64,000 nt of DNA, from positions 416,001 through 480,000 of the forward strand of contig CAVSPA010000004.1 in the NCBI GenBank assembly GCA_963729715.1. The letters run 5' to 3'. The position numbers were made by a program, and so were the translations under genes. The notes under the pieces are model-generated. The model had not been told where the DNA came from. It did no database searches and saw only the letters and a list, made by a program, of their open reading frames with translations. Source of the DNA: an uncultured delta proteobacterium. GTDB taxonomy: Bacteria > Desulfobacterota > Syntrophia > Syntrophales > UBA2185. Each line of letters begins with the position of its first letter. The first letter of the stretch is position 1. Shown here piece by piece: positions 31,354-38,586 of the stretch.

Positions 31354-32340
31354 CTACTTAATCTCCCCAATCTTCGCTTTTGCTATTCTCGCCTGATCGG
31401 TGCCCGGATAGTCCTTTACAACCTGTTCCAGGAGGAGTTTTGCACTTGACTTATCGCCAAGATTCAGAAAAGCAAACCCCTGCTTCAGCAAGGCGCTGGG
31501 CACTTTGCTGCCCTGTGGATAATCTTTTATCACTTTCTCATATTCCAAGATAGCTTGTTCGTAATTCTTTTCAAAATAGTAACACTGGCCAATCCAGAAT
31601 TGTGCGCTATCCGAATATTCCGTGTTTGGATATTGCTTCAGAAAGTTTTGAAACCCTTCTCGAGCCTTCTCATACTTTTTTCCCTTAAAGGCATCATAAG
31701 CCGACTCATAAGCCAATTCCTTTTCCGTCTTAGCAGGTACGGCTCTTTTTGAATCGTCGCGAACGACCTTCTCACCCTGGGGAGCCTGATTGGCGCCACT
31801 CCCAATCTCAAGAATTTTCTCCATGGCCTCCATGCGGGAAGAAAGTTGATCAAATTGCTTCTTTATATCGATGAGTTCCTTTTTCAAGTCAGCCTCGCCT
31901 TTTCCTAGTACCTCACGATCTCCCTTCAAATTCTCCATGCCTTCTCTAATTTCGATCATGTCTGCCGCAATATCGGCGATCCTCTTGCGTATATCCGTTA
32001 TTGCCTGATCGTTCTTGGCCGTATCCTCATGTATGCCGGCATTTTTCTCCTCGGGAGCGTGAGTTTCCGCGCCCGACTGTTCCTCAGTCTCTTGCGGTTC
32101 TATATCAGGAGCGTGAATTTCCGTGCGCGGCTGTTCCTCAGTCTCTTGCGGTCCTATATCAGGAGCGTGAATTTCCGTGCGCGGCTGTTCCTCAGTCTCT
32201 TGCGGTCCTATATCAGGAGCGTGAATTTCCGTGCGCGGCTGTTCCTCAGTCTCTTGCGGTCCTATAGCTGTTGCCCATCCTGTGTAAGAAAATGAACAAA
32301 GTATCATGATTAGATAAAGAAATTTCTTCAATTGCGGCAC
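31354..32340 (-). CDS. CpoB/YbgF-like TPR protein with an N-terminal tandem repeat
   Basis: Signal peptide, coiled coil, TPR motifs FLKQYP..AQFWIG, YPQGSKVPSALLKQG. Confidence 0.85.
   Translation of the reverse strand: MPQLKKFLYLIMILCSFSYTGWATAIGPQETEEQPRTEIHAPDIGPQETEEQPRTEIHAPDIGPQETEEQPRTEIHAPDIEPQETEEQSGAETHAPEEKNAGIHEDTAKNDQAITDIRKRIADIAADMIEIREGMENLKGDREVLGKGEADLKKELIDIKKQFDQLSSRMEAMEKILEIGSGANQAPQGEKVVRDDSKRAVPAKTEKELAYESAYDAFKGKKYEKAREGFQNFLKQYPNTEYSDSAQFWIGQCYYFEKNYEQAILEYEKVIKDYPQGSKVPSALLKQGFAFLNLGDKSSAKLLLEQVVKDYPGTDQARIAKAKIGEIK
32051..32266. repeat. 54-bp coding tandem repeat, four copies
   Basis: GGAGCGTGA recurs at 32054, 32108, 32162, 32216; encodes IGPQETEEQPRTEIHAPD three times plus one degenerate copy. 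Confidence 0.95.
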
Positions 32341-32666
32341 CTCTTATGCGGATAATTTTTTATCCTAGCCTACGTATACAGTGCAAGTGACGTAAATTCA
32401 ATAAGTAACTGTCTCGCCTTCATCTCTACCCTCCTGTCATCAAGAGTGCATGGAGGAGTTCAATAAACGGCTGTGCATGGATATTCTCAAAAAGCATATC
32501 TCTGTGTAATTGAGCAGTTCAATCCGAAATGCGCAATTATGATAACTACCCACCACCAAACAGGTGGCACCAATAACCGGCGCATGTCATTTTTTGATTG
32601 ATCAATCTCGTGCATTACCGAACGAAAGCTGCTAGACAATCGCACTAGCCACAAATCACCCTTTCA

Positions 32667-32854
32667 GTAAACTACCACCGACCTTGTCGGTGGCCTTTAA
32701 AATGCCGCAAGCCTACGGACAATGTCCTTCGCCTTGCCTGATAAGGATTGGAACGATTACTCTAAAACATTCCTCACCAACATTGTTGGTTCACTGAAGG
32801 TGTGGGGCCTCCGCCCCCACGCCCCACCACTGACATTGTCAGTGGTTTTGACAG
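32667..32854 (-). mobile_element. Non-autonomous IS200/IS605-type miniature element (PATE-like) 1
   Basis: Minus strand: TTTAT|CTGTCAAAA-hairpin at one end, AAAG-hairpin-AGTTTAC at the other; the two subterminal hairpins are related. Confidence 0.7.
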
Positions 32855-32955
32855 ATAAATAAATGTTCGCTAACTACAACTCAGCATGATGAGGTTATTG
32901 ATAATTGTAACCTGGCAAAATTTAATCTGATGCTGTCTGTTAGCTTGAATCCTGG

Positions 32956-33051
32956 CTTTTAGCCAGTGTGAAAGTCTTTAACTAAACCGTTCTATCCTCC
33001 CCGTGTTTGTTCTGTTCTAGGGAAAGGGTCTTCCCCTGAGTAGTAGTCCAA
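32956..33051. repeat. Copy 1 of a ~96-bp non-coding direct repeat
   Basis: About 80% identical by hand alignment to 33966-34060. Confidence 0.9.
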
Positions 33052-33105
33052 GGAAAGAAAGGTAGTGTGCCTCAAAAAATTAAAGAAAGCGCTGAAAAAG
33101 TCTTG

Positions 33106-33143
33106 TTGACATAGGCGCATGGCGAGCGTATAATATGCGCATA
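33106..33143 (+). promoter_or_regulatory. Consensus sigma70 promoter with a palindromic operator
   Basis: TTGACA-N17-TATAAT, palindrome TATGCGCATA at 33134-33143 and a related TAGGCGCAT in the spacer. Confidence 0.8.
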
Positions 33144-33165
33144 CAAGAAGAGAGGGGGTAATGTT

Positions 33166-33417
33166 ATGCCGAAAAGTAAAATCAATATTACCATGGATCA
33201 TGATCTCGTCGAATACATCAAGAGCTACGCTGAAGAGCAGAGGACCAGCGTTTCCGACGTATTCACGCAATTTATCCTAAATCTAAAGCGCACAAAGATC
33301 CAGGATCCAACTGATATAATACTTGCAGATCCTGATTTCAGGGATAGCCTCATGGAAACGATTTCACAGATCAGATCCGGTAAAGTCAAGTGGCATAAAT
33401 ATAAAGAGGTCTTCTGA
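33166..33417 (+). CDS. Ribbon-helix-helix antitoxin
   Basis: KSKINITMDHDLVEYIKSYA..TSVSDVF RHH pattern; C-terminal GKVKWHKYKEVF; TGATG coupling to the toxin. Confidence 0.8.
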   Translation: MPKSKINITMDHDLVEYIKSYAEEQRTSVSDVFTQFILNLKRTKIQDPTDIILADPDFRDSLMETISQIRSGKVKWHKYKEVF

Positions 33418-33728
33418 TGCAGACTTTTTTTAGTGATGAATTTGTTGACTCCCTTGAGAAGTACGCGTCAATAAAGAAGGACATCAAGAAAAAGGTTGAC
33501 ATGATCATCGCGAATCCAATTGCTATGGGCGAGCCCTTGAAAGGCACCTTCAGGGGATTCTATAGCTGTCCTGTGAAAAAAAGATTTCTTATAATTTACC
33601 TTTACTGCAATATATGCAGAAAAAAGCGGGACGATGAGATAGTTCTATGCGGGAACTGCCGAGATACCTCTGATGACACAATCAAGTTCATCGCTCTTGG
33701 TCCCCATGACGAAGCTTATGGGAGATGA
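33417..33728 (+). CDS. RelE/ParE-family toxin with a four-cysteine insertion
   Basis: NPIAMGEPLKG..FYS...FLIIY...IALGPHDEAY RelE pattern. Confidence 0.8.
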   Translation: MQTFFSDEFVDSLEKYASIKKDIKKKVDMIIANPIAMGEPLKGTFRGFYSCPVKKRFLIIYLYCNICRKKRDDEIVLCGNCRDTSDDTIKFIALGPHDEAYGR

Positions 33729-33965
33729 AGATACAAAAATTTCCACTACTGATCGATTTTCAAAGATTAATTTTCCTGAGGCATCTTCGTTGCTCTAAGC
33801 GATAAACAACGCCGACGTCCGGGAGACACAACTTTCAAATGTGCACACACCATCTTCTAAACTTTTTCTTGAATATTGGATGAAACGTGCACGGTTTTGA
33901 GTGCTTATTTTCTGTGTCTGAAGAATCGCGTTTTCTTTCTTGCTATACCTAATATAACACCCCAT

Positions 33966-34060
33966 CTTTTAGCCAGTATGAAACTCTTCAGCTAAGCCGC
34001 TTTTCCCCCGTCTGTTTGTTCTGTTCCAGGGGAAGAGTCTTCCCCTGTGTAGTCGTCCAA
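33966..34060. repeat. Copy 2 of the ~96-bp non-coding direct repeat
   Basis: Matches 32956-33051; contains the hairpin CAGGGGAAG-AGT-CTTCCCCTG. Confidence 0.9.
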
Positions 34061-34115
34061 AAGGGGAATATTGTGTGCTGTATCTATTCTTGACAACAGA
34101 ACGTCTGTATAGTAA

Positions 34116-34418
34116 ATGAATATCAAATACCATGATACTGAAGGTTTAATGATGAGAAGATTAAAACAATATGGGGTACAACTGGAAGACAGTGTCATAG
34201 CGCGTATCGACAAACTGGCAAAGAAACTGAACCAGCCAAGAAGCCTGGTGATGAGAAATTTAATAATGGGCGGTCTGAAAGACATGGAAATTCTGCAAAA
34301 AAACGGGATTATTGACGCAGTCGTCTTTTCCGACCATGTTATGAGCAAGGTTAAAGGCTCGTTATTAAAGGGAATACTTGTGCTGGATGAAAAAGGTGAG
34401 TTAAAAATAGAAAAGTAA
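34116..34418 (+). CDS. CopG/RHH DNA-binding protein (true start probably ~34149)
   Basis: QYGVQLEDSVIARIDKLAKKLNQPRSLVMRNLI RHH pattern. Confidence 0.75.
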   Translation: MNIKYHDTEGLMMRRLKQYGVQLEDSVIARIDKLAKKLNQPRSLVMRNLIMGGLKDMEILQKNGIIDAVVFSDHVMSKVKGSLLKGILVLDEKGELKIEK

Positions 34419-34551
34419 AATAATAATGCATTGTTTCTTGACAAGGCATGGGTATTATCATACATTGAATGTCAATTATATCATTTAACTCCACGTTTAT
34501 TATTTAACTACTCCCCGGCATAGCGGAACAACATGTTCGCCTGACTAAGAA

Positions 34552-34701
34552 GTAAAGAACCCCGTGCTTCCGCACGGGGTATTAAAACTCAAAATCTAAC
34601 TGCTTGGGAGCTTTTCTTCATGCTTATGATACTCAATTCCTAAAGAACGGAAACCCTTTCCTCCCCGTGCTTCCGCACGGGGTATCCAGGGTTTGATTTT
34701 C
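34552..34701 (-). mobile_element. Non-autonomous IS200/IS605-type miniature element (PATE-like) 2
   Basis: Identical hairpin repeat CCCCGTGCTTCCGCACGGGGTAT at 34560-34582 and 34663-34685; flanked by TTCAT and ending in TTTAC on the minus strand. Confidence 0.68.
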
Positions 34702-35446
34702 ATGAAGTTTTGCAGTTTATGATTTAACTACCAGGCGATAACGCTGCATGCCCGTAACCAGCAGTCAGATGCTTTCCCTAAAGATATGACTGCCGTGACA
34801 TCCGGCGATAATTGATTTATTGCCTCAAGGAAGTGCATCCGAAATTTTGCATTCATGAGAATTTTGGATGCTTGCAGTTGCGGGGAAGTGAAGGTTCTTT
34901 AATTCCTTCATCCCGTTCGATGAATGTGCTCGACCAAGCGGTTTCGATCTCCACACGATCGCATGCTCCGGGAGCACTGCACATGAAAAAATAATCTATT
35001 CACGAAACATTGTCGCTGAAAGGACCCTTCCAGGGGAAAGCATTCTTGTTCCCTCTGAGGGGCAATTATCTTTCTCCTGGCCAATTGAACATTAACGAAG
35101 AAAGGAGAAGGAAAAATGGTTACATATTCTGCTTGGACGAAAATCAGCGGAAAAGAAGAGAAGGTTTCAAGTCAGTTGAAGAAGCCTTCAAGGGCATGAA
35201 AAAACGGAATTGCATGATCATCATGCAATGGACATCTGAAGGTCTCACCAGAGTCATTCAATTTTAACATCTCAGAAACCTGAACAAACAAAAAAGTAAA
35301 GCGGCACATCGTGAGGATACAGAGTCATCCTCACAGCGACGCGGGATAGTGTGGAATCCCGGTGAGCACCTTTTATCATTTAACTTCTATATCATTTAAC
35401 TTGGCCGTGGCTGAACCAGGGTCACGAAGCGGCGAAATCCGTTTCT

Positions 35447-36166
35447 TTGCTAACGCACGAAGAGCGGTACAAAGAGACGTATTTAAGGGTTGCTATTCAC
35501 GTTGAGAAGACGACGGGGTTGTGGTCTCAGGACGGCATATTGAAACGGCTACCCGAGTTCCCGTCGTTGCAGAATGAGACGGAGAGCGAAGTTGAGTATC
35601 TTACTTATGATGAGCAACTGCGGGTGTTAGAGTCAATTCCAACGCGAGACAGGGCTATATTTGCATTTGCCATGGAGTTCGGTCTTAGGATTGGCGAGGT
35701 CAGGGCGTTAAAGAAAGATGCGATAAAAGAGGGTCATTTGATAGTGAGGAGATCTTTCTCTGAATGGGAGCTGCGGGAGACTACAAAGACTAAGTGTATC
35801 AGAAGACTGCCGCTTACAACAAGGGCCAGAGAAATCTTGAAGAATGCGCCTCTATCATTCAGTGAATATGTGTTCACATTCGATGGGCGACGGCCTTATT
35901 ATGAACGATAAATGCGAGAGATTTGGAAAGATGCCTGTGCAAAAGTAGGCATTACCATTCATCAAAAGAATGCTATTAGACATTCTCTTGGTTGCCAGTT
36001 GCTCGATGATGGTGTTGACTTGGAAATGGTCAGAGATATTTACGGGCATACATCAACGGACATGACACGCAAATATGTAAAGAGGACTCTGAAAAGGATG
36101 CTGGAGGCTCTGGAATCAAGGGGCAAGATTATCTCATTTACCGAACATTTACCGAATGAAAATTAA
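35447..36166 (+). pseudogene. Tyrosine integrase, N-terminally truncated, with an internal TAA
   Basis: GLRIGE, TKTK, NAIRHS, YGH, TRKY catalytic motifs; in-frame TAA at 35909-35911; another in-frame stop upstream at 35381. Confidence 0.9.
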
Positions 36167-36197
36167 GAGTAAAAGCGTTGATTTTCTTATGTATTTA

Positions 36198-36274
36198 TGG
36201 TCGGGGCGGGAGGATTTGAACCTCCGACATCCTGCTCCCAAAGCAGGCGCGCTACCGGGCTGCGCTACGCCCCG
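36198..36274 (-). tRNA. tRNA-Pro (TGG)
   Basis: CGGGGCG...CGCCCCG-ACCA, anticodon arm CCTGC-TTTGGGA-GCAGG, GGTTCAAATCC. Confidence 0.97.
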
Positions 36275-36891
36275 TCTTTCGATAATTTCTTGCCCGCGAA
36301 AATCCTCCGCGTCCAAGCCTCCTTGAATTTACGAACTGCCCGGGCTCGATGGCTGATAGAATTTTTAATCTCCGCCGGAATCTGTGCTACTGTCATTCTG
36401 AAATCAGGCAGAAAAAAAACCGGGTCATAGCCAAAACCTCGGTCGCCTTCGGGCCTGTCATGTATTATTCCTTCAAGACGCCCCTCAAAGGACATATATT
36501 TGCCGTCCGGAAAGTACAGAACCAGCATACATCTGAAAGCGGCGCCTCTCTTTTCTCCGGGGACGCCTTCCAGGCTTTGCAGGAGCTTCTTTATATTGCT
36601 GCTGTCTGTTGCTCCTTCTCCGGAATACCGAGATGAATAAACACCCGGCTCTCCGTTAAGATATTCTACCTCCAGCCCGGAATCGTCGGCAAGGACAATT
36701 TCGCCCGTATGTTCGGAGACGGTCTTTGCTTTCTTCAGAGCATTTGCAAAAAATGACTCGCCATCTTCCTCGACATCGGGAGCGTCTTTATAGTCATTAA
36801 GGGAAACGATGTCTATGTCCGTATCTGCGAGCATAGCGCTGATTTCTCTTATTTTACCCTGGTTCTTAGTCGCCAGGACAATTCGCCTCAG
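36265..36891 (-). CDS. rdgB: dITP/XTP pyrophosphatase
   Basis: [10 protein letters not shown] upstream of the tracked [24 protein letters not shown]. Confidence 0.93.
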   Translation of the reverse strand: MRRIVLATKNQGKIREISAMLADTDIDIVSLNDYKDAPDVEEDGESFFANALKKAKTVSEHTGEIVLADDSGLEVEYLNGEPGVYSSRYSGEGATDSSNIKKLLQSLEGVPGEKRGAAFRCMLVLYFPDGKYMSFEGRLEGIIHDRPEGDRGFGYDPVFFLPDFRMTVAQIPAEIKNSISHRARAVRKFKEAWTRRIFAGKKLSKDGA

Positions 36892-37610
36892 GTTAATTTA
36901 CCCAACACCTCCACCTGCTTTTTTGTGATCTGCACGATGCCTCGCACCGCAATATCAGTCATCTTATTGAGCAGATCACGGCCAAAAGGCACCTCTTCCG
37001 CTGTGCCCTGAATCTCTATAAAGAGCCCCTTCCCCGTCATGACGAAATTCATATCGACCTCCGCCCGGGAATCTTCCTCATAATCCAGATCGAGATATAT
37101 GCAACTATCCACGACACCAATACTGACGGCTGCGACATAATCTTCCACAGCAACCCTGTCCGCAATTCCTCCTTGCTGCATTTTTCTGAAAAGATCGACT
37201 AATGCGACGAAACCGCCCGTGATGGAAGCGCTCCTTGTACCCCCATCCGCCTGGATCACATCGCAATCTATGTAAATTGTTCTCTCACCGAATGCGTCCA
37301 GGGCGGTTACTGACCGGAGGGATCGGCCTATCAGTCGCTGGATTTCATGGGTCCTCCCTCCTACCCTGCCCCTCGTCGATTCCCTGGGGGTACGACTATG
37401 CGTAGACGTAGGGAGCATGGAGTATTCCGCAGTCAGCCATCCTCTGCCAGAATTTTTCAGGAACGCTGGGACGCCATCCTCGATACTGGCCGTGCAGATG
37501 ACCTTCGTATTTCCCATCTCAATAAGAACGGAGCCTTCCGGATGCTTCAGGAAGTCTCTTGTAATCTTCAATTCTCTGATCTCATTCAGCCCGCGTCCAT
37601 TAGCCCTCAT
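36888..37610 (-). CDS. rph: Ribonuclease PH (start could be 37652)
   Basis: [40 protein letters not shown]. Confidence 0.97.
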   Translation of the reverse strand: MRANGRGLNEIRELKITRDFLKHPEGSVLIEMGNTKVICTASIEDGVPAFLKNSGRGWLTAEYSMLPTSTHSRTPRESTRGRVGGRTHEIQRLIGRSLRSVTALDAFGERTIYIDCDVIQADGGTRSASITGGFVALVDLFRKMQQGGIADRVAVEDYVAAVSIGVVDSCIYLDLDYEEDSRAEVDMNFVMTGKGLFIEIQGTAEEVPFGRDLLNKMTDIAVRGIVQITKKQVEVLGKLT

Positions 37611-37661
37611 GGTCGGCCTTGCTCCCGCATCTCTATTCTCCAATCCGCGCATCCCTAATTT

Positions 37662-38351
37662 CTAAAAGAAGTCTCTTATGCTTTGGCAGAGCGCATGCGC
37701 TATCGCCGCCTGCGTATTTGCGTCGGCGATTTTTTTTCTGTCTTCAGGATTTGTGGCAAACCCTATTTCCACAATAACAGCAGGTATCGATAATCCTTCC
37801 AGGGCAAGTATGTGCGAGTCCCGGAGTCCTCTGCTTTTTCTCGGAAAGACCTTGTCCATGTTCTTCTGTATCAATTGAGCCAACTTCACGGAATCGTTCA
37901 AATATTTGTTTCTCGCCATGTCCTTCAGGATCCCTTTCGAACCGCTCTGCTCCGGAGACGCTCCCTTGAATCCCGGAAAATATATTTCAAACCCGGTCGA
38001 GTTCTTACTGAAACCGGCATTAACATCGATACTGATAAAGACCTCCGATTGCGTCTTCTTTATGATCTGCCTTCTTTCAGATAATGATACGTCTCTGTCC
38101 GAGGTTCTTGTCAGTTGCGCCAAAACGTTCCCGGATTTGTCCAATTCCTTTTTCATTAATGACGAGATAGCCAGTGTTATATCCTTTTCATACTCCTTAT
38201 CGGATATTTTTACGCCGAGGTCCGCTCCACCATGCGACGGGTCTATTGTTACCGAATGCGTGCCCCGGGCCGGTTGGGCCATTGCGTTTGTCAGTGGAAA
38301 AATAATAAAGACCAAAAATATGAGGAATATTCTCATGGATCGGTTGTTCAT
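37662..38351 (-). CDS. N-acetylmuramoyl-L-alanine amidase (Amidase_3)
   Basis: IDPSHGG, EKD, LTR..D..SLSER, PAVIVEIGF; second His ligand appears as Asp. Confidence 0.85.
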   Translation of the reverse strand: MNNRSMRIFLIFLVFIIFPLTNAMAQPARGTHSVTIDPSHGGADLGVKISDKEYEKDITLAISSLMKKELDKSGNVLAQLTRTSDRDVSLSERRQIIKKTQSEVFISIDVNAGFSKNSTGFEIYFPGFKGASPEQSGSKGILKDMARNKYLNDSVKLAQLIQKNMDKVFPRKSRGLRDSHILALEGLSIPAVIVEIGFATNPEDRKKIADANTQAAIAHALCQSIRDFF

Positions 38352-38586
38352 GTTAGTTCCCCTACAGTCTCAAGCACGTGTTCTCGAGCCTCCCTGTGTC
38401 CTCGCATCTCCTGCCGCCCGATTTTGACTTAGCCGATAACCAAGCCGACATCCCTCACCGCTGCCTCAGTCCTTCTTGCTCTGCTCTTATTTCTCACGCA
38501 GGCCGTCAAGTCTGCGTTTCATACAGCTATCTGTATTTTCTGTCAACGTATAAACTTGAAGCGCCGTCTCCAGGCGGGCCATCATT

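Larger units (their letters stand above)
27284..36226. mobile_element. Genomic island integrated at tRNA-Pro(TGG)
   Basis: 29-bp direct repeat TGGTCGGGGCGGGAGGATTTGAACCTCCG at 27284-27312 and 36198-36226; integrase remnant next to the tRNA; TA and IS cargo. Confidence 0.92.

Noticed and set aside
32051..32266. Regular repeats suggesting a CRISPR array
   Set aside because: Units are contiguous with no unique spacers, are in frame within a gene, and no cas genes are present.
32760..32768. GTTTTAGAG on the minus strand, like the start of a type II CRISPR repeat
   Set aside because: Single 9-mer with no repeat, anti-repeat or cas9; likely chance.
33992..34465. Minus-strand ORFs 33992-34465 and 32992-33270 with similar C-termini
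   Set aside because: The similarity comes only from the shared repeat; both ORFs are antisense to better-supported RHH genes.
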